Shown here: in pieces, positions 47,771 through 58,071 of the stretch
Numbering within the stretch: position 1 is the first letter of the stretch
Layout of the letters: every line of letters starts with the position of its first letter
Source of the DNA: Patescibacteria group bacterium
GTDB lineage: Bacteria; Patescibacteriota; Patescibacteriia; UBA9570; JAHJKD01
Length of the DNA: 64,000 bases
Assembly (NCBI GenBank): GCA_018822435.1
Contig: JAHJKD010000050.1
Location: 1,531 to 65,530, forward strand
Reading direction: 5' to 3'
Position numbers and translations under genes: made by a program
The notes under the pieces: generated by a model
The model's database searches: none
What the model was told of the DNA's origin: nothing
The model's input: the letters and a program-made list of their open reading frames with translations, nothing else

Positions 47771-47815
47771 GTTGGTTGCGGGGGGCGGATTCGAACCGCC
47801 GACCTGATGGTTATG
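47765..47815 (-). repeat. Partial tRNA-Met copy (anticodon loop to 3' end, with encoded CCA) = distal att direct repeat
   Basis: 42 nt (47765-47806) identical to 49829-49870 inside the intact tRNA-Met. The 5' half is absent. Confidence 0.75.
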
Positions 47816-47994
47816 AAGATTGGGACCCCTCATCAACCAATTTGGCTAACCTAAGTCATTTATAGCTGAGCTCAGCTAAAATTTACCCACCTATCATTTT
47901 CTCAAGCATTCCCAAACTTGATCAAATGTACTCAATCATCATCACTTCGTGGGCAACTGGTGGGCAACGCTTTTTAAGAAAGTAATTATTAATT

Positions 47995-48204
47995 ATGAAA
48001 ACCAATCACAATGAATCCAAGCCATTGGATGAATCTCTCTTAACCGTAAGCCAAGTTGCGAAGCTGTTGAATCTTTCCAAAACAACAATCTATCGTCTGG
48101 TTGAGACGCGACAAATTCCACACTACAGAATTTCCGGGTCTCTCCGCTTTTCACGGAAAGAGATAGAAGAATATTTAAGGCAAGAAAGCTACAGATCTCC
48201 CTAG
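47995..48204 (+). CDS. xis: Excisionase/AlpA-family HTH DNA-binding protein
   Basis: 69 aa. LTVSQVAKLLNLSKTTIYRLVETRQIPHYRISGSLRFSRKEIEEYL matches the excisionase-family DNA-binding domain. Confidence 0.7.
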   Translation: MKTNHNESKPLDESLLTVSQVAKLLNLSKTTIYRLVETRQIPHYRISGSLRFSRKEIEEYLRQESYRSP

Positions 48205-48296
48205 AACCCAATTTAGAAAATTTTTATATTTCCTGCCTACATTGACAAATAGCAAATCTTTCTTAAGATAAATGTACTTATTTTTAACACAATATT

Positions 48297-48839
48297 ATGA
48301 GTGTAAAATTTTTAAAGAGCTTTGATGATTATTGCGAAGAGCACACATCAAAGGAAGATGTAAACGAAGCAATTAAAAATCCAGATAAAGTGACCAGAGA
48401 AGATATGGGTAATCAGCAATCCCTGTTCTTTTTGAAACATTTCTCTGAAGGCGAAAATGAATATTACATTCTTGCCTGCGCTACCAAAAAGGAAGATGAA
48501 ACTAGTGTATATGCCGCTTTTTATCTGCCACCGGAATTTGATAGTCAACTATCTAAAATGGATGCAATAGATGTAATGGTGGCTGTGGCCGAGGCATTTG
48601 GTTTAGAGGCAACTAGCGGTTCAGCCAAATCTAAGTTTATTCATCATCAGACCTATTGGACTGACAACGATAATTCTATACCTTTTATAGAAGGATTTCA
48701 GCCAGGTGATAAAAAAATGATATGTCAAACGTGGTTTAAAAAAGAGCCCCACGGAAGCAAAGTTCGTATCGAAATTCATACTGCTTTTTGCATCAATATG
48801 GATATTTATTACGAATGGCTACATTCTATTAAAAGATAA
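48297..48839 (+). CDS. Hypothetical protein (element cargo)
   Basis: 180-aa ORF. No motif recognised. Confidence 0.45.
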   Translation: MSVKFLKSFDDYCEEHTSKEDVNEAIKNPDKVTREDMGNQQSLFFLKHFSEGENEYYILACATKKEDETSVYAAFYLPPEFDSQLSKMDAIDVMVAVAEAFGLEATSGSAKSKFIHHQTYWTDNDNSIPFIEGFQPGDKKMICQTWFKKEPHGSKVRIEIHTAFCINMDIYYEWLHSIKR

Positions 48840-48849
48840 GAATAAGAAC

Positions 48850-49701
48850 TCATGCTAAAATATATTTCTTTATATAAACATCTAACTCTATCCAATTAAC
48901 CAAGGGCCTATTAAATTTTTGTATAATTGGTTCGACTTCCTTCGCTATAATATTATTTTTAATCAAGAAATACATTTGTGAGAATTTTCCTCTGTTCTCA
49001 TTATCTTGTTCTTCCCAACTTATTATCACTCCAAGGATATTCTTGTTTGAAGATAAAAATAGCTGGACTGGTATAGACATCTCTGCCAAGCCTGGTTTTA
49101 GAATCCAGTGCTGAGGTACTCTAAGAAATATAATTCCTAAGTTTTCTTTTCGAATTTGTTCAGCTGCTTTCTCACAAGGTTTTACTATTGATTCTTCAGA
49201 ATAGGGGGTAGTTTCAGATTTATTTTTTACCTCACATCGTATTTCAGGAGTAGTCTTTAAAAGTATATCAAAATTTTTATCTTTATCCTTATCTTTATCA
49301 GCGATAACAAACTCAAATGGTAAATTTCTTCTGAAGAAATGAGCACCACCACCCAATTCAGCAAATCGCGAAGTTAGATTTCCTCTTTTTATATGCTTAA
49401 CAACAGAGTCTATCCCCTCAACATGCTGCATGTTGTAAACCATTTCAGCTAAATCAGTAACCCGATTTTGATGGACAAATCCCATTTTCTTTGTGAGTAG
49501 AAACACCCTAGCTTCTTCTGTTTGTTGTGGATGCCGGCTATGTTGCATAAAAAGCGTTTGATTGGCCCATTCGTTTCTTATCATTCTTCTTATCAATTCT
49601 ATTGAGACGGCGCTCCTATAGAAATCAAACTTTTCTTTTGGGAGCTTGTTTTTTATTGTTTGGCATAATTTTTTTATTTCTGCCTCACTGACTTTTTCCA
49701 T
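48850..49701 (-). CDS. Hypothetical protein (element cargo)
   Basis: 283-aa ORF. No motif recognised. Confidence 0.45.
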   Translation of the reverse strand: MEKVSEAEIKKLCQTIKNKLPKEKFDFYRSAVSIELIRRMIRNEWANQTLFMQHSRHPQQTEEARVFLLTKKMGFVHQNRVTDLAEMVYNMQHVEGIDSVVKHIKRGNLTSRFAELGGGAHFFRRNLPFEFVIADKDKDKDKNFDILLKTTPEIRCEVKNKSETTPYSEESIVKPCEKAAEQIRKENLGIIFLRVPQHWILKPGLAEMSIPVQLFLSSNKNILGVIISWEEQDNENRGKFSQMYFLIKNNIIAKEVEPIIQKFNRPLVNWIELDVYIKKYILA

Positions 49702-49828
49702 ATGTTTCTTATTAATAATTACCCACTACTTATTTTATCATGTTCAATTACAATAATAACAACATAATATAATTGTAGTTTTTAGGTGTGATTTGATTTA
49801 ATCAGTAAACACCGATGAGGGACTTCTT

Positions 49829-49870
49829 GTTGCGGGGGGCGGATTCGAACCGCCGACCTGATGGTTATGA
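49829..49870 (-). repeat. Proximal att direct repeat (inside tRNA-Met)
   Basis: gttgcggggggcggattcgaaccgccgacctgatggttatga identical to 47765-47806. Confidence 0.75.
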
Positions 49871-49901
49871 GCCACCCGAGCTGCCACTGCTCCACCCCGC
49901 G
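49830..49901 (-). tRNA. tRNA-Met (anticodon CAT), initiator-like (C1:A72 mismatch)
   Basis: CGCGGGGUGGAGCAG...GGCUCAUAACC...GGUUCGAAUCCGCCCCCCGCAA. Close to E. coli tRNA-fMet. CCA not encoded. Confidence 0.8.
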
Positions 49902-50013
49902 TCATTGACCCTGAGCTTGTCGAAGGGTCTCATTACTCTTATAGAGCAAGCTATATATTAACCCCAAAAATTAAATATGTCAAATCTTAGCCAAATTTGG
50001 TATAATTAACCTC

Positions 50014-50955
50014 ATGAAAAGAAGGGCCAAGGGAATCAAAAAACCACGCGGCGAGCGCATTAAAAAAGCGCTGGTTGTTTTTAATCCCGAGGCCGGGCTG
50101 GCCGTTCTGCGCATGGGCGATAAAAAAATAATTGAAAGATATCTCAAAAGAAAACTGATTCAATATACTTTTTACACCACCAAGGAAGACAAACCGATCG
50201 AATTGGAAAAATACAAAGAAGAAAAATTTGATATTATTATTGTCGCTGGCGGGGACGGAACAGTCAGGGAAGTTGCCCATTGGATGCTTAAAAATAACGA
50301 CAAGACCCCCTTGGCGATTATTCCTTCTGGTACCAGTAATTTTTACGCCATGGGCCTGGGCGTTCCCCTCACTTTAAGAAGAGCCTTGTCATTTGCCATC
50401 AAACATAAGGCCATGCCCCAGGATGTGGGTATAGTTAATAAAAAACAATATTTCCTTTTTGTGGCCGGCGCCGGGTATTCTGCAAAATTTGCCCAGGATA
50501 CTCCCCGCCGATTAAAAAAAGTAATTGGTTTCCCGTCTTACTTACTCATTGCTGTCGCTCATTCTTTTAATAAAGACTATATCGAAGGCACTCTGCAAAC
50601 AGATGGTGACACCAGGGAAATAAGAACCAGAGCTTTGGTCGCCTTTAATATGAGATCGGCCCTGAATGTTAATCCTTATGTCCCTTTAGATGCTCATCCT
50701 GGTGTATTAGATGTTTTAATTGCCGATGAAATTAAAGTCACCAATGTCATGCGCTTGGCAAAACGTTTCACCGATGAAAAAAGGACCCTTGATCAGAACC
50801 AGGTTAAATTAATTAAAACAAAAAAATTAATTTTTGAATCAAAGTCTGTGATACCCATGGAAATCGACGGGGAAACATGGACTGGAAAAAAATTAGAGAT
50901 CGAATTAATTCCTAACGCCTTAAATATCGTATGCGGCAAATCATCGCCAAAATAG
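50014..50955 (+). CDS. Diacylglycerol/lipid kinase catalytic-domain protein (YegS/DgkA-like)
   Basis: 313 aa. IIVAGGDGTVREVA and GTSNFYAMGLG motifs. Confidence 0.75.
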   Translation: MKRRAKGIKKPRGERIKKALVVFNPEAGLAVLRMGDKKIIERYLKRKLIQYTFYTTKEDKPIELEKYKEEKFDIIIVAGGDGTVREVAHWMLKNNDKTPLAIIPSGTSNFYAMGLGVPLTLRRALSFAIKHKAMPQDVGIVNKKQYFLFVAGAGYSAKFAQDTPRRLKKVIGFPSYLLIAVAHSFNKDYIEGTLQTDGDTREIRTRALVAFNMRSALNVNPYVPLDAHPGVLDVLIADEIKVTNVMRLAKRFTDEKRTLDQNQVKLIKTKKLIFESKSVIPMEIDGETWTGKKLEIELIPNALNIVCGKSSPK

Positions 50956-52214
50956 GTGAATGGCTCTTATATATTTTTGCCTTCTTGCTTCCCTGGCAAA
51001 CCCGGTGGATTTTTTTTGAAGGTGAAATAAATAATGGCTTCTGGGAATATGGCTCTTATAGTTTGTATGGTTTTGATATTATATTGTTTCTTCTGCTCAT
51101 CATTACAATCATAGTCGGAAAAAAGAAAAACTTTTTCATCAATCGATTTAGTCTGGCTGCTCTTGGCCTTCTCCTGGTTGCCTTTTTCTCTCTCTACTGG
51201 GCCCTGGACAAAGAAATCGCCCTATATGCTTTTACCCGCCTGCTGGCTGCCATGCTGCTTATTATTATTGTCTGGCAGATCAAATTCAAGCCTCTTTTTC
51301 TGGCTGGCGCCATTGCATTGGCCGGAGTATTTCAATCTATTCTCGCCACCTGGCAATTTTTCACACAAAAAGCTGTGGCCATAAAATTTTTAGGCATGGC
51401 TGAACACCTACCCTGGATCCTGGGGGATCAGGTTATTGAATTTACCGGCGGCCGAATGCTCCGGGCTTATGGCTCTTTTCCGCATCCCAATATTCTAGCC
51501 GCTTTTCTCGCTATCGCTGTCATTCTCTCTATTGGTATTTATTTAAAATCAACTAATAAATGGGGTAAGTATTTTGCTCTGGCTTCTCTGGTAATAAATT
51601 CTGCCGGATTATTCTTTACTTTCTCCCGCGCCGCCTGGATCGGCTTATTTATTACTTTGCTTTTTTATGGTTTGCTGATCTTCTGGATCTACCATCGCCG
51701 TGAGCTGACATATATAAAATTATTCACTGCTATTCTTCTGCCGTTTATTTTGCTGACTGCCATTTATCCTAATCTCGTTTTAACTAGATTCGGATTAGGA
51801 GAAGATTTTCAGAGATTAGAGATAAAATCTATTGAACAGCGGGCCGATTATACGGAACAATCATTGGAAATCATTAAAGCCAATTTCATGACTGGTGTTG
51901 GCATTGGCAATTATACCTGGACCTTGCATGAACAAGTTGATAAACATTTGGAATCTTATGATTATCAGCCTGTCCATAATGTTTATTTACTTGTCTTGGC
52001 TGAATTAGGAATATTTGGATTATTATTTTTTATATATTTAATCGCGGCTGTATTATTGAAAATTGATTTGAAATCTCGTCTTAATCTGGCTTTTGCCATG
52101 TGCTTCTTGTTTTTCGCCTTTATCGCTTTTTTCGACCACTTCCTCTGGACTATGGCGATTGGACTTTATCTTTTCTTTTTGATATTCGCCGTCAACAGTA
52201 AATATAGTAATTAG
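50931..52214 (+). CDS. O-antigen ligase/polymerase (Wzy_C) family membrane protein
   Basis: 427 aa, about 10 to 12 TM helices. Periplasmic-loop motif FSRAAWIG resembles the Wzy_C signature. Confidence 0.6.
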   Translation: MRQIIAKIGEWLLYIFAFLLPWQTRWIFFEGEINNGFWEYGSYSLYGFDIILFLLLIITIIVGKKKNFFINRFSLAALGLLLVAFFSLYWALDKEIALYAFTRLLAAMLLIIIVWQIKFKPLFLAGAIALAGVFQSILATWQFFTQKAVAIKFLGMAEHLPWILGDQVIEFTGGRMLRAYGSFPHPNILAAFLAIAVILSIGIYLKSTNKWGKYFALASLVINSAGLFFTFSRAAWIGLFITLLFYGLLIFWIYHRRELTYIKLFTAILLPFILLTAIYPNLVLTRFGLGEDFQRLEIKSIEQRADYTEQSLEIIKANFMTGVGIGNYTWTLHEQVDKHLESYDYQPVHNVYLLVLAELGIFGLLFFIYLIAAVLLKIDLKSRLNLAFAMCFLFFAFIAFFDHFLWTMAIGLYLFFLIFAVNSKYSN

Positions 52215-52422
52215 GATCACGAAAATTCGAAAAAACGAATTTCTCGAAGGTATTAACTTCATTTATATTGTAATGGCTGATGACTATTTTGTTGGGAATT
52301 TATATTACAGAAATCTTTTCGGCTTATTAAATAATTTCACTTTAAAATTAGTCCAAAGGCGCTTATTAATTTATAAGAGTAATTACCTTCGAGTTTTTCG
52401 TAACTTCATGCTTTCGTGATCC
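52211..52422. repeat. Inverted-repeat (MITE-like) intergenic element 1, rich in cacgaaa/tttcgtg words
   Basis: About 50-bp terminal IRs: ggatcacgaaaattcgaaaaaacgaatttctcgaaggta... and the reverse complement ...taccttcgagtttttcgtaacttcatgctttcgtgatcc. Confidence 0.6.
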
Positions 52423-52526
52423 AAATTTCCCCTAAACGAAATAGAGCCCGTGACATGCACAGAATAGCGTCATAAAATTCACGATAATTTCAGAATAAAT
52501 AATTTGCTTATTTTCTCTGAAACGAT

Positions 52527-52563
52527 GGGATGAAAGACGGACGCTGGGTCCGTCTTTCATCCC
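52527..52563 (-). terminator. 16-bp perfect-stem hairpin 3' of the GC-rich gene 52592..52888
   Basis: gggatgaaagacggac gctgg gtccgtctttcatccc. Confidence 0.4.
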
Positions 52564-52591
52564 AAACAGGAAACCGCTCTTCCGGCAAGCG

Positions 52592-52888
52592 TCAGAGCCT
52601 CTCGATGATCCCGCCGGGTCCATGGGGGCCGTAGCCGTGGCCGTCCAATGACCCGATCAAGGCCCGCAGCCTGTCCGCCTTCGCGACTTTGCTGCGGACA
52701 ATGCTCATGATCCCTTCCCAGACGGCCTGGCGCTCGTCGTCTTCCAGAGCCATGAAAACTTCATAACTGCGGGCAGTGAAGCTTTCATCCGCCATCAGGG
52801 AAACCGGATCATCAGAACTGGAATCAATTGACTCACACACCTGCTCGAAAAAACTCGCCAAAATCTCACGATTATCAGATTTAGCCAA
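52592..52888 (-). CDS. Hypothetical protein, GC-rich island gene (TTG start)
   Basis: 98-aa ORF. SD aaaggagg 9 nt before the TTG. GC-rich 3' two-thirds. Lies between IR element 1 and the groES promoter. Confidence 0.45.
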   Translation of the reverse strand: MAKSDNREILASFFEQVCESIDSSSDDPVSLMADESFTARSYEVFMALEDDERQAVWEGIMSIVRSKVAKADRLRALIGSLDGHGYGPHGPGGIIERL

Positions 52889-52984
52889 TTAGGTTGCCTC
52901 CTTTCTTCCTGTTGAAGACTTAGCTTACCAAGAAAGGCAAAAAAAAGTCAATAAATCCCTTAAAATAAGGGGAATTTTACCCTC

Positions 52985-53022
52985 TTGACGCAATTTTTAA
53001 ATTTGTTAAGATAATATCATTG
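52985..53022 (+). promoter_or_regulatory. groES promoter (TTGACG-17-AAGATA/TAATAT)
   Basis: Immediately upstream of CIRCE. Confidence 0.45.
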
Positions 53023-53023
53023 C

Positions 53024-53050
53024 TTAGCACTCTTATTTTAGGAGTGCTAA
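53024..53050 (+). promoter_or_regulatory. CIRCE operator (HrcA binding site)
   Basis: ttagcactc-ttattttag-gagtgctaa = TTAGCACTC-N9-GAGTGCTAA consensus, perfect. Confidence 0.85.
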
Positions 53051-53114
53051 TTAAACCCTAAAATATGGCTAAAATTAAACAAATTTAATTTAATAATAAT
53101 TAAGAAAAAATATT

Positions 53115-53390
53115 ATGGCATTACAACCACTCGGAGACAGAATCCTAGTAAAACCTCTCTCAGAAGAGGAGACAACCAAGTCCGGTATCGTCTTACCTGA
53201 CACAGTTGATAAAGAAAAAAAGGCCGAAGGCGAAATCTTAGGCATCGGTGACGGCGAAGACATTAAAAAACTTGGCCTTAAAGAAGGTGACAAGGTTCTT
53301 TTTGGTAAATATTCCGGCGAAGACGTCGAATATGAAGAAGACGAATTAAAGTTCTTAAAGTACGACGAAATTCTCGCCGTAGTTAAATAA
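53115..53390 (+). CDS. groES: Co-chaperonin GroES
   Basis: 91 aa. LQPLGDRILVK...mobile loop. Confidence 0.95.
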   Translation: MALQPLGDRILVKPLSEEETTKSGIVLPDTVDKEKKAEGEILGIGDGEDIKKLGLKEGDKVLFGKYSGEDVEYEEDELKFLKYDEILAVVK

Positions 53391-53410
53391 TTATTAATTA
53401 ATTTATGTAA

Positions 53411-55093
<1,683 letters not shown>

Positions 55094-55127
55094 AACACGA
55101 AATCACGAAATTTTCGAAAATCACGAA

Positions 55128-55160
55128 GGCGAGACTAAATATCTCGCCTTCATTTTATTT
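55128..55160 (+). terminator. groEL intrinsic terminator
   Basis: ggcgaga ctaaatat ctcgcc + ttcattttattt. Confidence 0.65.
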
Positions 55161-55165
55161 ATAGT

Positions 55166-55318
55166 AATTGGGATCACGAAAGTACGAAATTACGAATAAC
55201 TCGAAGGTAATGACTTTTAATATAAAATATTCGTTTTATTACTAATTTATTACGTATAAATATTGGTATCACGACTTTCTTCGTGTTCTTAACTCTTTCG
55301 AAATTTCGTGTTCCAAAT
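55166..55318. repeat. Inverted-repeat (MITE-like) intergenic element 2, related to element 1
   Basis: gggatcacgaaagtacgaaattacgaataactcgaaggtaatgac aligns with 52215-52260. Degenerate inverted copy at about 55266-55318. Confidence 0.5.
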
Positions 55319-55345
55319 CACTTTATTTTTTGCTATAATTACCCC

Positions 55346-55819
55346 ATGGAATACCCTAATACAACCCAGATAGAAATCCCCAAAAAAGATATATCCGCCG
55401 GAGTAGGTAAAGCGAAGGAGGGCGATACTCAGGCTTTAGCCGAAAAATATTTTAGGACTTTTTTCCTACCTGGAATAATTGCCACTATTTTTGCTGTATC
55501 AGCCCAATTTATTGATAATACTTTCTGGATATCTCTGATCGCATATGTGGCCTTATTAATGTATGTCTCTTGGAGATTATATGAAGAAAAGGCTTCTCCA
55601 AAAATTTCTTTCTGGGCCATGTTTGTCGCTATGTTAATGATAACTTTCCTGGTCGCCGTCGTAAAATTAGTTATAAATTTCAAATTCGTGTATTTTCTGA
55701 ATTTAATTACAGAACCTCTCATCTATGCTATAATTGGTGGAGCTTTAGGTTATCTGGTTATGCTTGCCCTCACGCGGGGCCAGAAAAACCCAAAACCAGA
55801 AACTAAACCTAAACAGTAA
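55346..55819 (+). CDS. Hypothetical multi-TM membrane protein
   Basis: Start moved to ATG 55346 (MEYPNT). A TATAAT sits 6 nt upstream, implying a leaderless mRNA. The tracked start at 55283 lies in the repeat element. Confidence 0.5.
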   Translation: MEYPNTTQIEIPKKDISAGVGKAKEGDTQALAEKYFRTFFLPGIIATIFAVSAQFIDNTFWISLIAYVALLMYVSWRLYEEKASPKISFWAMFVAMLMITFLVAVVKLVINFKFVYFLNLITEPLIYAIIGGALGYLVMLALTRGQKNPKPETKPKQ

Positions 55820-55856
55820 TTAATCAATAAAAATTAAAACTGAAGGGAGGTGGATT

Positions 55857-56186
55857 ATGGAAGAAGAAAAAAAACAACCGGAAGCAGATTTAAAGTTTGA
55901 TCCTAAAGACGTAGAAGAGAATAAAGCTATCGCATGTCTGAGCTACATCGGTATTCTATGCTTAATTCCTCTACTGGCTAAGAAGGATTCCAAATTTGCC
56001 CAAGCTAATGCTAAGCAGGGATTAGTCATGTTAATCGCCTGGGTATTAGTAGTCATCCCATTTATTGGCTGGCTATGGGGATTGATCTTATTAGTTGTGT
56101 CTTTGATCGCTCTTATTAATTGTCTATCTGGCAAATATTGGAAGATTCCTGGCGCAAATGACATCGCCAAGAAATTCAACTTCTAA
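55857..56186 (+). CDS. Small membrane protein (DUF4870-like)
   Basis: 109 aa. SD gggagg. Two TM helices. AIACLSYIGILCLIPLLAKKDSKFAQANAKQGLVMLI. Confidence 0.5.
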   Translation: MEEEKKQPEADLKFDPKDVEENKAIACLSYIGILCLIPLLAKKDSKFAQANAKQGLVMLIAWVLVVIPFIGWLWGLILLVVSLIALINCLSGKYWKIPGANDIAKKFNF

Positions 56187-56211
56187 TTTTATCTCTAGAG
56201 ATAACAATAAA

Positions 56212-56243
56212 GGCCCGCTATATCGCGGGCCTTTATTTATTTT
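56212..56243 (+). terminator. Intrinsic terminator
   Basis: ggcccgc tatatc gcgggcc + tttatttatttttt. Confidence 0.7.
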
Positions 56244-56286
56244 TTGTAGTGTAGGGACAGAACAATGTTCTGTCCCTACACTACAA
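56244..56286. repeat. 43-bp perfect palindrome P2 (20-bp arms, 1-nt centre)
   Basis: ttgtagtgtagggacagaaca a tgttctgtccctacactacaa. Arm shared with P1. Confidence 0.85.
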
Positions 56287-56291
56287 AGTTC

Positions 56292-57299
56292 TTATTTATC
56301 TTCTTCTTTAACAGCTTCCCAGACTTCTTTTTTGATATTATTCATAATCTTGGGATTTTCTTTCAAGTAAGCTTTGGCATTTTCCCGGCCGACACCGAGT
56401 TTTTCTTCCTTGAATTTGTAGCTATTGCCGGATTTATCAACTACGCCAAATTGTATGCCTGTATCTAAAATATCGCCAGATAATGATATGCCTTCGTTAT
56501 ACATGATATCAAATTCAGTTGTCCTGAATGGAGCGGCTACTTTATTTTTTACGATCTTACATTTTACGCGATTGCCGATCACCCGGTCAACTTGCTTGAT
56601 TTGGGCGGATCGTCTGACTTCAATACGAACAGATGAATAAAATTTCAACGCTGTGCCACCAGTCGTTGTTTCCGGGTTGCCAAACATCACACCAATCTTC
56701 ATGCGAGTTTGGTTGATGAAAATCACAGATGTTTTAGTTTTAGCTATAATACCAGCCAGTTTTCTTAAAGCCTGGCTCATAAGCCTGGCTTGCAGACCCA
56801 TATGCACATCTCCCATTTCACCTTCAATTTCTGCCTTTGGCGTCAAAGCGGCAACTGAATCAACCACAATTACGTCAACACCGTTTGAACGGACCAAAGT
56901 TTCTACGATTTCTAAGGCCTGTTCACCTGTATCTGGTTGGGAAATTAGCATCTCATCTACATTAACTCCTATCTTCTTGGCATATTCCGGGTCTAAAGCA
57001 TGCTCTGCGTCTACAAAAGCAGCTACACCGCCTTCTCTTTGTACACTAGCCACAATATGCTGGGCCAAAGTGGTTTTACCAGAAGCTTCCGGGCCATAGA
57101 TTTCAATAATCCGGCCGCGTGGCACGCCGCCTACGCCTAAGGCCAAATCCAGAGACAAACAAGAGGTAGATATAACATCTACTTCCATTTGTTTGGCATC
57201 TCCAAATTTCATAATAGAACCTTCTCCAAAGCGCTCCCTAATCTGGTCAATTGCCTCCTGGGTTGCTTTTGATTTATTTTCGTCTTGTTTTTTTGTCAT
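56292..57299 (-). CDS. recA: Recombinase RecA
   Basis: 335 aa. Walker [11 protein letters not shown]1/L2 loops. Confidence 0.95.
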   Translation of the reverse strand: MTKKQDENKSKATQEAIDQIRERFGEGSIMKFGDAKQMEVDVISTSCLSLDLALGVGGVPRGRIIEIYGPEASGKTTLAQHIVASVQREGGVAAFVDAEHALDPEYAKKIGVNVDEMLISQPDTGEQALEIVETLVRSNGVDVIVVDSVAALTPKAEIEGEMGDVHMGLQARLMSQALRKLAGIIAKTKTSVIFINQTRMKIGVMFGNPETTTGGTALKFYSSVRIEVRRSAQIKQVDRVIGNRVKCKIVKNKVAAPFRTTEFDIMYNEGISLSGDILDTGIQFGVVDKSGNSYKFKEEKLGVGRENAKAYLKENPKIMNNIKKEVWEAVKEEDK

Positions 57300-57395
57300 T
57301 TTTTTTCATTAATTTTTTCTACGGGGTTTGTACAACTCATAATAACCGAAGAAAAACCGAAACACAAGTCCTCCCTGTGGATAACAGTAGACAGG

Positions 57396-58070
57396 CTATT
57401 TTTGCGTCTTTTTCTTGACTTTAATCTGTTTGACTATAACTAATTCCTTAGAATGTTTTTTCTTGGCTGAAATAGTCATCGTATTGATCCCCTCTTGCAG
57501 AGAAACTACTTCTTGAAAATTTCCACTTGGATCAACGCTTATCATTTGGCCATTTATAAAAACATTGGCCTCTGGATCTGTTTGGCCCACTATATTAACA
57601 GAATTATCTTCTGTAATCATGTTATCTGGCACATTGTAAACTTCCAAAGTCGGCGGCTCCACAATATTTGATATTTCAAATCCTAAATATGAAAAAATAA
57701 TTAAAACCACCATGGCAATCAGCAATCCATAAACTAATTTTGGTACATTTAAGGCCCTTTTAATATGCCGGGCTGACTTACCTGGTTTTTCCGGCTCTTT
57801 ATACATAATGCGTTCCTGATCATACATTTTTTTTACCCGCGGCCAGCTTAGTTGCAGGAAATTTGTGTATGTTTTTAAATAATTTTCTATAAATAAAAGC
57901 CCGGGTAATTTATTGTATTGCCCGGTTTCTAAATAATTAATATTTGATGGCTTGATCCTGGTCTGATCAGCGACCTGCTCTAAAGTATAGCCTTGTTCTT
58001 CTCTGGCATTTTTTAACTTTTCCCCCAAAGTTTCACTTCCAATAATTTCTTTCTTTTGAAACTCTGTCAT
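57396..58070 (-). CDS. RodZ-like cytoskeleton protein (XRE-HTH + TM + C-terminal domain)
   Basis: 224 aa. N-terminal HTH LGEKLKNAREEQGYTLEQVADQTRIKPSNINYLE. Single TM. 1-nt gap to ftsK. Confidence 0.5.
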   Translation of the reverse strand: MTEFQKKEIIGSETLGEKLKNAREEQGYTLEQVADQTRIKPSNINYLETGQYNKLPGLLFIENYLKTYTNFLQLSWPRVKKMYDQERIMYKEPEKPGKSARHIKRALNVPKLVYGLLIAMVVLIIFSYLGFEISNIVEPPTLEVYNVPDNMITEDNSVNIVGQTDPEANVFINGQMISVDPSGNFQEVVSLQEGINTMTISAKKKHSKELVIVKQIKVKKKTQK

Positions 58071-58071
58071 T

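Larger units (their letters stand above)
47807..49828. mobile_element. About 2-kb remnant integrative element inserted at the 3' end of tRNA-Met (no integrase retained)
   Basis: Bounded by the 42-bp direct repeats. Carries an excisionase-family HTH gene, two hypotheticals, a 14-bp palindrome (47864-47877) and tgggcaac direct repeats (47951-47968). Confidence 0.5.

Noticed and set aside
47765-47815. Possibility that the partial tRNA-like sequence is the 3' end of a tmRNA (ssrA).
   Set aside because: It retains the tRNA-Met anticodon stem-loop identically. No upstream 5' acceptor partner or tag-peptide reading frame was found.
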